Source of the DNA: the human T2T-CHM13v2.0 reference genome, Homo sapiens
DNA: 64,000 nucleotides
NCBI RefSeq assembly: GCF_009914755.1
Contig: NC_060932.1
Strand: one strand, 5' to 3'
A program made the translations under genes and the position numbers. Every line of letters begins with the position of its first letter. The first letter of the stretch is position 1. Shown piece after piece: positions 43,011 to 56,886 of the stretch. Below the pieces are notes generated by a model, which saw nothing but the letters and a program-made list of their open reading frames with translations, was not told the DNA's origin and did not search any database.

Positions 43011-43770
43011 TGATATAGGTCTTTCTAATCCTCGATTTTCTGTAATTTGACAAGGGTTTTCTTATTCTCTCACAAGCAAATATGCATTCCTTAGGATGAA
43101 AGTGGGATTTTTCAAAAGAACATCCAACTCTGTCAGGGATTGAATACATTATGAAACAAGCTTGTGTCTAACTGCAGTGTGGGGTGACCATGGGGATGAC
43201 ATTGCCAAGACTTAGATCAAGATCAGAGCAAAGTCTAGGCAAATGCAGACCAGTGATGAAAGCTTTAAAGAATGCAAAAAGTATTTACTAAATCAGGATG
43301 TTTCAACAGGGACCCATTCAGAAAAATACATGGAAAGGAGACAGGAGGAAAATAGGCTAAGGAGAGAAATATCACCCATGATTGAATCTCTCACAGCTGT
43401 TTAAATTCTATATTCAGGTGCCCAAAACACTGCTCATGATATCTGCCAATGGATAACAGTATCATACAGTATCAAAATTAAAAGCAGAAATAACTATCTT
43501 CAAGGTACATATAATCTAAGGCAAAAAAAAAAAAAAAATCCTGATGTGGCTTTTGCCCAAAATGCTTAGAGTGTCTTCAACTATGATACAGTCTGGGCTC
43601 TTTGTGCTCTTCAGACCTAAGCCTTTATTCTAGAGTCTTACAGACCTGAGGTCATTCTACTTATGCTATTCTCCTCTTTGAGCTCAAGGCTCTAATGAGT
43701 TTTACATCTCGGCTTTGTTACAGAGGAGCTCCAAATAGTCTCAAACTAACTCTCCATTCTTCCTATTTAG

Positions 43771-43867
43771 GACTCTTCAACATGATGTAGAACAAGATTC
43801 TGACCAGCTTGATAGCAGTGGGATGTTTCACTGGTGCAAACCAACCTCTTTGGACAAGGTGACTCTG
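43771..43867 (+). CDS. KCNU1: KCNU1 coding exon (~exon 20; (R)TLQHDVEQDSDQLDSSGMFHWCKPTSLDKVTL)
   Basis: Acceptor ttcctatttag|, donor ctg|gtaggt; 97 nt, phase 2-0; contains the Slo-family DS[ST]GMFHWC motif. Confidence 0.96.
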
Positions 43868-46440
43868 GTAGGTGATCTTGCATCATCAAATCTCAAATAA
43901 GATAAAGCATTTCGTAGGGTAAGTGATGTTCTTGTTAGTCATAAGCACCTGTCACTTCCCTTTGTAAACTGTGAATTTGTCAAAAAAAGAAAAAAACCCA
44001 CATCCCTCACCAGCCATAAGAATAATATGCAAAGTAACACATGAGGCATTTGACAAAGCCTACATGAGTAATATGCTGGAATTTCAAACAATTATATGTC
44101 TTCAACTATTTCCTCTCTCCTTTGACAGTTTAGCTGACTCAGTTATTCAGAATAATGTTCTCCTGAAGTTTTGCTGTTTTCCTAGTAAATCTAATTAATT
44201 TAAATGCACCAGGGAAACCTACTGTTTACAAGGACTCTGCAGTCTTTTTTTTTTTTTTTTAAGTAAATAAGCACTTTTCTAATGTATTGGTTTTGAAATT
44301 CGGATTTTTCTGTAGTGGTTTTTCTTAAAGCTGGCTCTACTTAGATTTAACACATTAGCCACAAATATGCCTCCTAAACACTCCGTACAACCGGGGTGAA
44401 TCTTTGTAGATATTACAGTCATGTCCTTGTCTCTCTTCTCAAAGAGACAAACTAACTCAACTCACAGAAATGCCTGCAACTAAGATGGAAAAAGTCTTGT
44501 ATCCTAACCCAGGGTCTGGCACCTGCTTTCTAGATGCCCACCTACTGTAATTTTCTGGAGTTGGAAACTCAAGTATAATCTTAGTGGTTTACCTTACAAG
44601 TAGTAGCTGATAAATTTAACTAATAAAAATGATTGCTTGCATGCTGTATGAACCCTATATATATTTTTTCATATATGACTAATTGATACTTATATATATT
44701 TTCTTGCTTTCCAAAAGTAGTTTAGTTCACTTTTTTTGATAGATGCACAAATGCATACATACACATCTTTGTGGCTCAGTGCCAGTGTCCTGACAGAATA
44801 TATTTCAACTTTTGTAAAAGCATGATCCATCATTTGATCAGAAACACGAAACTGTCAGAGCTGTCATACCAACTGGAAGACTATTAGGGTTGCTGAAACT
44901 CACCATTTTAGCAATTATGTCTTATTCTGAACTGTACGAAATAAACATCCGTTGAGCAGGAAGCCAAACATATTTTCAGTGGGAGGCAAATCTTTAGAAA
45001 GGTCAGGAAGTTGGTTGCAGATTGAGACATTTGAGACCAAACGATGGAAATAGCAGAAGTTTTATTAGATCATATTTATTAAGAATGCAGACAGGTTGCC
45101 ATGATTGATATTTCCCTTATGATACTTGATATGGAATATAGTTCAGAATACCAACCAGGTCTTTTGTTAAGTTTAGGATGCCTTCTAGCTTTAAAATTGC
45201 TAAGGAATTTGAAATGTGAGCCTCTAGGAAAGAAATATCTGGATTGCAAAATTCGGGGTATCTTTAAACTTGGTTTCATTTGCAAAAGGGTCAAGTAGAA
45301 ATGATCAATTTAAGTTATTTTGAACAAATAGGACATCCTCCCCTTCTTCCAATAGTCACCATCTTTCTTAATCAGGAGACAGTTTAGTGCCACAGTTTCT
45401 TGGAGAAATTGCCTCTCTAGCTGTGCCCATTAATGCACTTGGCCATGTATCTTGTTTCTAATTGTTTAGTTCTACTCAGAAAAGCAATTGTTGGACTTTA
45501 GACATGTTACATTAAATACCGTTAGAGGCTTCATTATTCAAGTTAAAACTAATCGGATTAGCTAGAGACAATTATTTAATAGATTTGGTTAAGATTCATA
45601 TCACTCTAGGAAGGCTCTCCAGACAAGTAGCTTTATTTCCCCTCGCAGGGAGATCTCTCTTGGAAGGAGGGTACAGTACAGTATTTCCCAGTATATGCTA
45701 ATTTGGTAAACTTTAATTGTTGAAATGTCAGATGTTACTTATTTATCCTGTTAGACTTCATCAATGCCTGTTTCATAGAAGATTGCCATTTAACCCAGCA
45801 AAGGACTGGCATAAAGAAGAATGATATATCCATTTGAAGTATTCTGAGTCTTTGTGTGTCTAGGAATGCAGGGAATGCTCATGCTGCAAATTAAACTTAC
45901 TCTGTACCAGCTTCTAAATGTCCTCCTTTGAAAATATAGAAATTCAATAACTTTTAGATTTGATTGATAGTTATTGAACAACTTTTAGTGAGTTAAGAAA
46001 TAAACATTTTGAATATATTATGTCCTACAACAAAATTAACTCTTTGGTTTTTTTTTCCATTTTAAACATAAAGAAATTGAGAACCAGAGAGGTTAAGTAA
46101 TTTGCTCAGTCATATAGCTAACAATAGTACCAGAATACAAAATCATGTCTTCTGACTCCGAGTCCAGGGTTTTTTCTGTTACATCCCAGTGCTGTTAAGA
46201 GGAGACATTAGCCATACTCTGAAAGAAACCACACATAGGCTTACAATAAGTTTCCCACAGGAATATCATTCTTTAAAAGTTACATTTATTGTTTTTATGA
46301 GTCTCTATGACTGTGGGAGAAACTTAAGTATATTCCATGCATATTCTTTTGTTTTCAACTTGGAGACACAGGGGCATTGTTAACAATTGGCAATGCTGAT
46401 AGTAGTATGAGACATATTCAAATGTTTGAGATCAAATGAA

Positions 46441-46726
46441 ATTTTTTTTATTATACTTTAAGTTCTATGGTACATGTGCACAATGTGCAGGTTTGTTACA
46501 TATGTACATATGTGCCATGTTGGTGTGCTGCACCCATTAACTTGTCATTTACATTAGGTATATCTCCTAATGCTATCCCTCCCCCCTCCCCCCACCCCAC
46601 GACATGGATGAACCTGGAGACCATCATTCTGAGCAAACTATCGCAAGGACAGACAATCAAACACCGCATATTCTCACTCATAGGTGGGAACTGAACAATG
46701 AGAACACTTGGACACAGGATGGGGAA
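46441..46726 (-). mobile_element. 5'-inverted (twin-primed) truncated L1PA
   Basis: Antisense L1PA 3' end 46441-46604 fused to a sense upstream segment 46605-46726; TSD-like aaat(g/t)aaattttt. Confidence 0.9.
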
Positions 46727-46813
46727 ATTAAATTTTTATAATATTTCTTTTTCTTGTATGCACTTTGCGTGATGAATTTCCTTGATGCAGGAGTCTATAG
46801 AATCAGTTCAGTA

Positions 46814-46895
46814 TATTCAATTGAACCATATGAAATTGCCATTGTTCAACCATTTTTGACCCATAAAAAGGTAAATTCATGTGGTTCAAACTAAT
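46814..46895. mobile_element. MADE2 mariner-derived MITE (palindromic)
   Basis: ttgaaccatatgaaattgcc...ggtaaattcatgtggttcaa inverted termini. Confidence 0.8.
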
Positions 46896-47375
46896 GAATG
46901 AAAACCCACTTAATACTGCAATATGTTATACAGCTTGCTGTAATTTTCAGGACTCACTAGAAGACATAATTTAGCATTGAATCTGGAATGTCTTAGGCTT
47001 TCACTGAATTTTACTATGGCACATACAAGGCTAAAAATGTGAAATAAAAATCAAGAAATACTTTCTCCATTTGGTCTAATGATTTCACACCCTGAGGAAT
47101 GATGCTAATCTGAGTTTTAGTTGATGCATTCCAAGCTAATAGAAAACTAGAAAGAAAGTGAAATAAAAAGAAATTCCACAAAAAAGTAAAAGGTGTAATT
47201 GCACCACTTGTGCATGAGTTCTGTTTTTTATAAACAATTTGCAAAATTCTATTCACCTTATGAAAGTAGAGCTGTGGATGTACCTAGAAGAATTGGGAGG
47301 AGAAGAGGGGGCCTACTTGGAGGGATTCTCATCTTGCTTATGAAAATGACCAGACTGTGGCATCCTTATCCTTAG

Positions 47376-47600
47376 AAACGAACTGGCAAGTCAAAGTATA
47401 AGTTTCGGAACCATATTGTAGCATGTGTATTTGGAGATGCCCACTCAGCCCCGATGGGGCTTCGGAACTTTGTAATGCCCTTGAGAGCCAGCAACTATAC
47501 CAGGAAGGAGCTGAAGGACATAGTGTTCATTGGGTCTCTGGACTATCTACAGAGAGAATGGCGATTTCTCCGGAATTTTCCCCAGATATACATTCTGCCT
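47376..47600 (+). CDS. KCNU1: KCNU1 coding exon (~exon 21, RCK2 start; [75 protein letters not shown])
   Basis: Acceptor ccttatccttag|, donor cct|gtaagt; 225 nt, phase 0-0; hallmark Slo motif [13 protein letters not shown]. Confidence 0.97.
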
Positions 47601-47669
47601 GTAAGTATCATATAAGGAAAAGTTAATATTTGTAAGGATTTCAATATTAATAGGACTAGAATTAATAAT

Positions 47670-47900
47670 GATAATATTGCAGTTCTACAGTGCTTGCCAG
47701 ATGCCAGAAACTGTTCTAAATATTTTACCTATATTAATTCACTTAATCTCAAAACCACCCTATGGGGTAGATATTAAATTTATTGAACTTTAAGCACCGG
47801 AAGAGTAAGTAACTTGACCAAGATTGTACAGCCAGTAAGTAACTAACAAAATTAAGATTTAAATCCAGATGTTGTGGCTCTTGAGTTAATGCTCGAATCA
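47670..47900 (-). mobile_element. MIR
   Basis: atgccag...ctgttctaa...cttaatctc...aagtaacttgaccaag...cagccagtaagt. Confidence 0.65.
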
Positions 47901-48275
47901 CCATGTTTTACGGTCTTTGTACAAATAAGAGTTTCTCTGCATTTCTGAGTCAGATTATAATTTAATGGCTACACCTAAGCTAATACTGGCCAGCATTTGT
48001 GCTCTAGCTTTTTCATCTTTTCTGGAGACATTTTATATGGACCATATAATGCCACATGGTCCCTGATAGCTGTATGGAGAGGAGGGATTTTACTTATGTG
48101 GTATGGCGGTTGCAACTATATTTTTCCTGAACTTGCATAGATCTATGTCCCACTCTATGCCACCATTTCACTGGTTGAGGAGTCCATTATGTACACTGTG
48201 AAATGCACCAAAGCATTTCATTTTCATGAGATACGCACCAAAGCATTTTCATAATGCTGGCAATATATTTGCAAG

Positions 48276-48313
48276 TAATGGCAAAAACCGTGGTTACTTT
48301 TGCACCAACCTAA
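48276..48313. mobile_element. MADE1 half-element (Hsmar1 TIR)
   Basis: taatggcaaaaaccg...ttacttttgcaccaacctaa matches the MADE1 right half. Confidence 0.8.
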
Positions 48314-48994
48314 TGTAAGGAATATTTTTCAAATTTCAAAAATAATTATCTCAAGAAGCAAATTGCATTTGCTTTTTTAAAAAGCCACTGTAAGTTTCCC
48401 TGTACTACCGCTCCTGCTTAAGTCCATTGAAAGGAAGAAAATAAGAGCAAATCTGATCCAGCTAGTGTTAGGAATTACCACTATATTAGACTCCAACCTA
48501 CCGGAAGACAGTACCAGATTGATCTCTGTTTTTCCACCAAAGAAAGAAGCGACTGCCACTTTGCTAGTTAACCCAGAGAGTATAAGTAGGGCCAGCTGTT
48601 TGTACTAGCAATATTGTGAGGATGCACATTTTGCCTCTAGATCCATAACCTCTCTTTTCTCTGAATTTTTTTCCTCATCACTGTTACCCTGACCCTACTC
48701 TCTTCTTCCACCTGAGTCAGTGGCACGGACTTACGTTCCTCCCTCCCCACTCTCCTCTGTCTCATCCAAACTTGCTTTCAGGAAAGAATCTATGAAATTT
48801 ATTCACACTAAAATATTAATGTTTGATAAGGTTAAATGTGTCAGATATGAGGTAACTAAGTTTTAAAATCAAGTCAGCAAAGGTTGGAGCTCAAAGCTCA
48901 AAAATTACATCACTCACAAAGAGCCACCACCATGAGCCATGATATAACATCCCTCCATCCGACCAGTGCCTCCTCTCTCTTTTCCTCTCATTAG

Positions 48995-49184
48995 GGATGT
49001 GCACTTTATTCTGGAGACCTCCATGCGGCCAACATAGAGCAATGCTCCATGTGTGCTGTCTTGTCCCCCCCACCCCAGCCATCAAGCAACCAGACTTTGG
49101 TAGACACAGAAGCCATCATGGCAACCCTCACCATCGGATCCTTGCAAATTGACTCCTCCTCTGACCCGTCACCCTCAGTGTCAG
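48995..49184 (+). CDS. KCNU1: KCNU1 coding exon (~exon 22; GCALYSGDLHAANIEQCSMCAVLSPPPQPSSNQTLVDTEAIMATLTIGSLQIDSSSDPSPSVS(E))
   Basis: Long pyrimidine tract then cattag|, donor cag|gtgaga; 190 nt, phase 0-1; overlaps ORF 49049..49240. Confidence 0.97.
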
Positions 49185-50754
49185 GTGAGAACAGCACCCC
49201 TGAAAAGAAGAAACTAGGACGTATGGAAAAAAAGAGATAATTAACTCCTCTTTGAAGTATTTTAATTATGGGGAGCAGGAGGGTGGGCCAGATGTCCTCT
49301 GAGGTCCCTTCCAATCCTGAGAATCCCATAGTAGAAATAGCCCACAGTTCAGTGCCCTGGAATTCTAAGTCAAATGGATGATGGTGTGCATCTTCTAAAT
49401 GGAATGCACTTAACGCAGTTTTTTTAATTTTTAAGGAAAAAATAACATAATTTTGAAGTGTTATCATTTTTGTTGTTATGATCAGTGAACATAGCATGTG
49501 GTATATTATTTTAATTAATGAGGTACCACTATAGTTATTATTATGATGAAATTCTCATTGGATCTTATAGATCTAATGCAATCAAGGTCAAATTGTTAGT
49601 TTTGTGGTTGAGAGAATGAACCATGATTCTCTTTTACTTTTTGAGATGATTTCAGTATATGAATTTTAGAAGACTAAGATCTTTTCTAACAGCTATAGAC
49701 TAAAACTGTCATACTTCAACTTCAGACTAGAAGGAGATGGTGAGGGAGATGCAAGGGTCTTTCCAGGATGGGGATCATGTCTCTTTTCCCTTTGTGTTTC
49801 TCTCAGTGCCTATTGCAATTACTGTCATTCGGTTGATGTTTAACAAATACTTGTTGAATTGCAGCAAATGAGCTGTGACACCTGAGGAGCTTCCACACAT
49901 TTCTCTATGCTCAAAATGTGCCTATGGTCAATTCCCATGACAGAATTGTGATTTTCCTTCTCCCTCAAAAAGGGAAAAAGCTTATACATTAGTCTATTTC
50001 TAAAAATTGACTACCATCCCCTCAATCTAATCTAAAAGTACTATTACTGAAGAATTTTCTGTATCTAAAACAGATTTCCAATTCTAGAAATAAAAGTAAG
50101 TCATGACTGGAATCCCCTGGATCAAGCTATGTTCCTTGGGGACAATTGATTCTCTGTATCAAGATCAGGTACTCAATCCTTGGGCCATGCAGCCTCTGAC
50201 CACAGCTGTCCCACTTTGCATGGCACTTGAAGAGGTTAGCATTTAAGGCATTGCAAGGCTTTTCATGATAATGGCTGTCGATAACAATGTTCGTGATTGA
50301 AACTGGGAAACCAAAAATCTCTCTCTGACTCCTAGACACTGTTGCTATGCAAGAAAATATAAGGTTATTGGCACAAAGGAATAAAACAGTAATCTAATCT
50401 TTGGAGGGCAAACTGAGTCAGCTATTAGACAGACCTTCACTAAGCAACCAATCCTGACCCAGAGACTAGGGTTTCAGGGTGTTTTCCAAAGCAGAGCTAA
50501 TAACAAGGCACTTCATGAATATCAAAGTGCCATGAACAGCCAGACTTAGGAGGGGTGAGCCCTACCTCTGCTGAGCAAATCTGAATATTCATAAAAGTGC
50601 TGTTTTGTTCTGCCATAGGAATCCTTAGCTTAGCAATTAGGGTCACTCCTTGGATTCACTCATCATTTGTGTGTGTGTGTGTGTGTGTGCATGTGCATGC
50701 TTGTAACTGTCCATAATTGGACAAAGAAGAAGTATTCATTTTAAAAGCAGTATA

Positions 50755-51113
<359 letters not shown>

Positions 51114-51595
51114 TCATTTAGTTGATGGTCTAGGTGAATAGTTCTTCCTGTTATTACTATTATTGAAATTTCACCTCCTTTATGGACTAGACAAAACGTA
51201 AACCTATGATTATAATTTTAGTTTCCTTTATATCTAGTGATTTTCCTACTTTATTCATTCAATCAACAAAAAAATATTGATTTTTTATGATATGTTGGGT
51301 ACTCTGTTACAGGCAAGAAGTTTGCCCTTAAAGAAGGAGCTGACTGGTTTTGGGGGAATGAGGTTGAGGAAAGAAGGAAAAAAAATTGGAAAGGCAAAGA
51401 GAAAAGGAAGGAATGTCAAAAAAATTGGAAAGGCAAAGAGAAAAGGAAGGAATGCCAAAGTATTTGAATCATTATGAGTATGAGTGTGCTTACTTGAAAA
51501 GATGAAAGAAAAGGTTAGAGAAGAATGTGCTAAGTTGGGTTTGTTTGAATGGGATCATACCCATTTGTGTGACGGGGAAATATAGATGCAGATAG

Positions 51596-51963
<368 letters not shown>

Positions 51964-52318
51964 ATGAGGTCACATTTTAAGAACATTTTGAGGCAACCTG
52001 TGAATAGCAAAGGGCTATTACCCAGAATCTTCCCCAGTTACTCTGGCATCATAAGTCTCTATCTGGAGTTTGTATTAATATTATAGAAATTCCCAATCTT
52101 CACAGAAGCCTGTTTGGCTTTCTTAATCATTCTTCTCATTCCATAATAATACTCCTCTTCCACCAAGCATTAAGAGGTAGAACCAGGAATACACACCCCC
52201 AAGAACTGAAATTATAAAGGATCATGAGATTCTACCAGGAGGCAGAAAGCATCGTCCACAATCAGCACTAAAATAAGATTTGCTGCTAGGCAGTTTTCTA
52301 TCCCTTTCACTAGGGGAT

Positions 52319-52520
52319 AGAGTGGTTCTCAACCAGTGGCAATTTATCTCCTGAGGTCACCTTATGATGGCTGGAGGCAGTTTTGATTTTCACCACTGTG
52401 GGAATGCTATCACCACTAGTGGGTAGAAGTCAAAGATGCTGCTAAACGTCTTTCAATACACAGGACGGCCTCACACAATTAGAAAATGTCAGCAGTACCA
52501 AGGTGGAGAAACTCCGCCCT
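52319..52520. mobile_element. MER20-like hAT fragment
   Basis: agtggttctcaacc...gggtagaagtcaaagatgctgctaaac...aaatgtcagcagt...gagaaact. Confidence 0.7.
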
Positions 52521-53984
52521 AACCTATCTGGTGAGGCCTTTGAGGGATCAGTGGGCTTTTCCACATCTTTGTAGTAATGATAAACATAAATGCGAAGCCA
52601 AGCTAGGACCATCAAGGCTATTCACTGCAGAAATTCACCAACGGAAATTGGATGAGGCGGGGGGTTTTGGGGGAGCAGCAGAGTGAGGAATCTCTGAAGA
52701 ATCAGTGAGAATGCCAGGCCTCCTGGACATCTCCATGGGAAATTTTAGGTTTTTCTGTAATACTCTAATTACTGCCCTGTCACATCACAAGGAGAACAGG
52801 TTGGCAAACCTAGATACTGAACTAAATAATCTGTGGCATAATCTAAACATATAACAGTAATTAAGCCTGACAACTTAATATGCTACTGAAATTTAAATGT
52901 ACAGAAGTAATCTACAATTAAGCAATCTTTTGTAATAGCACCCTGCCAGGCTGGAAGATTTCAGGTATAATACTGTGTACTATTAGGTAACAAAAATATT
53001 GACATTAGTAAAATGTACCCAGGCTATGATCTGACACATTCAAATTAACCATTGCTCGAAAAGGAGATGGAGTTAAGGTGGAAATTCAGATGCTGTCCTT
53101 CAGCCGGCATCAGAAGCAGATTTTCATACAGCTGCTTCAGCTGATGTGATTGTGTCTGTACCCGATTAGAACACTAGATTCTAAAAGTCAGGATATTTCA
53201 AGTCCTTTATTAGCAAAGAACTGGAATCAGAAAGTGGGGTTCAAAGGGGGATTTACCCATAGAGAGGTTTCCCCTTTGAAGAAAACTGATTTCAATATGT
53301 TATTGAAAATTCCAGTCAAACCTTGTATATTGTAATAGGGCTACAACTTAAGTAGGTACCCTGAAAAGGGTATGGGCTTTGAAGTTGGTGCTGATCAGGC
53401 TGTGAAGCCACTTCCATTATTTACAAGCCTTGTGATCTTGGGCATGGTATGTAAATCCTGGCTGCAGTTTTCTCATCATCAAAGATGATCTCACTATGGG
53501 TAACTCACAGAGTACATGTAACAATTATATAATTCTTATCTCTTTACAGTGTCCATTGCTTACAGCAGCCAGAGCTCTTTTACACATATTCATCGGATAA
53601 TCTCATTTCCTTACTTTAAATTCTACAATGTTGACTCATGGCAATTAAAGGAAAATCTAGGATCTTGCAAGCCAGCAAGGAACTTGGATTCTCCCCTCCT
53701 TCACCCTGTTCACACTGGCTATTTCCCACCATGGGTTCTTTATCACAACCCTTCTGCCAGGATGACTTTTCCTTTTTCCTCAGATTCTGTCTCAATGTCA
53801 GAGAAGCCCCCCTTTGGGACCTTATCTAAAGTCATGTCTCCAAACTCAATGACTATCCTCTAAAGTTTGGGGTTTTCTCAAACTCATCAATATCTGAAAA
53901 TATTTTGTATTTGCAACATGTGGTATGTAACTGGGGCGAGGACTGTACATAGTTCTATCATGGAGTAGATATTTTAAAATATTT

Positions 53985-54570
53985 AAAAAGGAAGAAAGGG
54001 AGGGAGGAGGAAAAGAGGAGGAAGGAAGAAAAGGGAAGAAGGAAAAAAGGAAGGAAGAAAAGAAAGAATGGAAAAAGAGAAAAGAATGAAGGAAAGGAAG
54101 AAGGGAAAAAGGAAGGGAGAAGAGGGAAAGGGACGAGAGAAAAAAGAACAGGAGGAGAAGAAGGGAAGGAAGGAAGGAAGGAAAGGTGGGAGGGAAGGGA
54201 AAGGAAGGGAAAAGAAGGGAGGGGAAAGGAAAGAAGGTAGGAAAGAAGGAAGGAAGGAAGGAAAGGGGAGAGGGAAGGGAAGGAAAGGGAAGGCAAAGAA
54301 AGGAAGGAAGGAAGAAACAAAGGAAGGAAAGGAAGGAAGGAAGGAAACAAAAGGAAGAAAGAAAGGAAAGGGGTGAGGGAAGGGAAGGAAAGGGAAGGGA
54401 AAGGAAAGGAAGAAAAGAAGGAAGGAAGGAAGGAAGACAGGGAGGAAATGAGGAAGGGGAGAAAGAAAGGAAGGAAAGAGGAAAGGAAAGAAATTAGAAA
54501 GGAAAAAGGGAACGAAAGGAGGGAAGGGAATAGAAGAGAAGGGAGAAGAAAAGGAGGGAAAGAGGACACA
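53985..54570. repeat. ~580-bp polypurine (GA/GGAA) low-complexity tract
   Basis: Almost exclusively G/A on the + strand. Confidence 0.95.
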
Positions 54571-55413
54571 TGAAACAGATAAGGCATCTTAATCTGAGAA
54601 TAAAATAGAACTTTAATTCCCCCAAGTCTTCCTGCATTATGGAAATTTCAGAGATATTTTTAAGGAAAAACAATTTAAGGTATTTAGATCCCATCAAGAG
54701 TAAGAATTATCAGTGAATTATGATCTCTAGCCATCTGTGTAAACCTTCCTCTTTAATAGCTGTGCGAATCCAGTTAGCCCTCTGAGCTTCCATTTCCTCA
54801 CCAAAAACTGAAAAATTTTGCGAAATTCTGGAGGTCACTGATGGTTCTAGACATAAACCAAATATCTTGGGTTCTTCATGAGGAGCTTCAGTTTTTATCC
54901 TACATTCATTACTCAGAAATTTAGTAGAAATCAGAAATATATTCAGCTCTACTCTGCATTAACAAGAAGTGGCTCTTTTCCATCTCAGTAGTGAGGTGGA
55001 AAAGGTGTGAAATATTGTAGTACATAGCATTCCCTCTGGAAACAAACCTCTCTTTGGATTTCCCCTTTTCCTTCCTGGTCTCCACCTCAGTGGCTCCATT
55101 CCCTGTCATCTTCCCATTGTCTGTTTTTCAGGGGGCCTTAGCACAGAGCTCAACTGCATTCATTCCACTTTTCAGCCCTACCAATTACCCCACTCAGGGA
55201 GCAAAGGACCTTCCAAAGATTTCACTCTCTTCTAAGCAGCAGGGAATCTTAATTACAAGTAGATCTTGAAGGTTTACAATATTTTTTTCCTCTTACATCC
55301 TCAGAAAACTTTAAGAAAGTAAACAACAGTTGTAAGCACAACTTACAATGCCATTATGGTGTGTTTTTCTTTTTCTTTTTCATGGCACCCTATTTTCCCA
55401 TTTTCCCCACCAA

Positions 55414-55718
55414 CTTCTTTTTTTTTTTTTAAGCTAGGATCTCGGTCTGTCACCCAAGTTGGAGTGCAATAGCGTGATGGCGGCTCACCGTAAGCTCTGA
55501 ACTCCTGGGCTCAAGCGACCCTCTCACCTCAGCCTCCTAGGTAGCTGGGATTTCAGCTCTGCACTGCTACACCCAGCTAATTTTTTTTTTTTTAATTTTT
55601 GTAGAGAACAGGTCTCTCTATGTTGCCCATGATTGTCCTGAACTCCTAGACTCAAGCAGTCCTCACATGTCAGCCTCCCAAAGTGTTGAGATTATAGGTG
55701 TGAGCCACTGCACCCAAC
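55414..55718 (-). mobile_element. AluJ-like element
   Basis: Diverged antisense Alu. Confidence 0.88.
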
Positions 55719-56323
55719 CTTCTATTCCATTTCTTTCCTCTTACATTTTTAGTTTAAGTTGGAGACTAAACCTCTGATGTCATACTTCTTTTTGAAACTC
55801 ACCACATGATAAAGCTGTATCAGGCCAGTGCTGTGCATGCCCTGTTTTGGGGTCGAGTCTCACAGAGGTTACTGCAGTGCCTTATCTCCGAAGACAGGAG
55901 GGAAATGTGTCTACAACCTGAGCACAGAGGTCAAGGGCTCTCTGAGTGACATCCCAGCTCAGGCTTTAAGAAACCCCACAGCCTTCCATATGGAGACAGG
56001 CAGGCAGCCAGTTCTGCAGAGACAACAGCAGTGCCTCAGCCCAGTGAGGAGCTCAAAGAGGCAGAGAATACCTGGAGCCAGCAGCCACTTGCAATGTGTC
56101 CTAAAGCACTCATGGGGACAGCACCACCCATATATTTGCAGTTTCCGAAAAATACTACAGGCAAATTGATGTGGTTTGAGCTACTGCCTGACTGAATTGT
56201 TACCTAGCACAGCCACTCAGTGGAGAGTAAGCATATCTTAATTGTGACATCAATAAGCAACTACTGGGAGAGCTTTGCCTTTTTTGTAAGTCATTTGAAG
56301 TGCCATTGAGAAAGAATAGACAT

Positions 56324-56650
56324 AGCCAGGCACGATGGCTCATAGCTGTAATCCCAGCACTTCAGGAAGCAAAGAAAGGAGGATTACTTGAGGCTGGGAG
56401 TTTGCAAGCAGCCTGGGCAACATAGCAAGACCCCATCTCTGCAAAGATAAAAATAAAAAAAAAAATAAATTAGCTGGGTATGGAGGCATGTGCCAGAAGT
56501 CCTAGCTACTCAGGAGGCTGAGGCAGCAGGATCACTTGAGCTCAGGAGTTGGAGCCTGCAGTGAGCTCTGATGGCACCACTGTACTCCAATCTCGGTGAT
56601 GGAGCAAGACCCTGTTTCAAAAAAGGAAAAAAGAAAAAAGAAAAGAAGAA
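56324..56650 (+). mobile_element. AluJ-like element
   Basis: Diverged Alu dimer with A-rich tail. Confidence 0.88.
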
Positions 56651-56886
56651 AGACCCCCCCACCACACACACACACATACACACTCCCCTCCCCACATTTA
56701 TCTAAAGGAGATGCTGAGGAGACCCACATAACAATTTTTTGTCTAAACATAGTAAAGGATTTGGGATTTATACATGAAAGTAACTTTGCTAAGATAAAGC
56801 ACCAAGTTACATGATATTCTTCTACATTTTTGACAAGTTTTGTAAGGCATTGTGTTTGCATTTATCACCTCTTTTCTTCTTTGCAG

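Noticed and set aside
48204-48256. Short repeats gcaccaaagcattt x2 (also ccgtgggattaca x2 at 12088-12115)
   Set aside because: Ordinary slippage-size micro-duplications with no further structure
53958-54587. 209-aa minus-strand ORF and overlapping K/E/G/R-rich plus-strand ORFs
   Set aside because: Artefacts of the GA-rich low-complexity tract, which lacks stop codons
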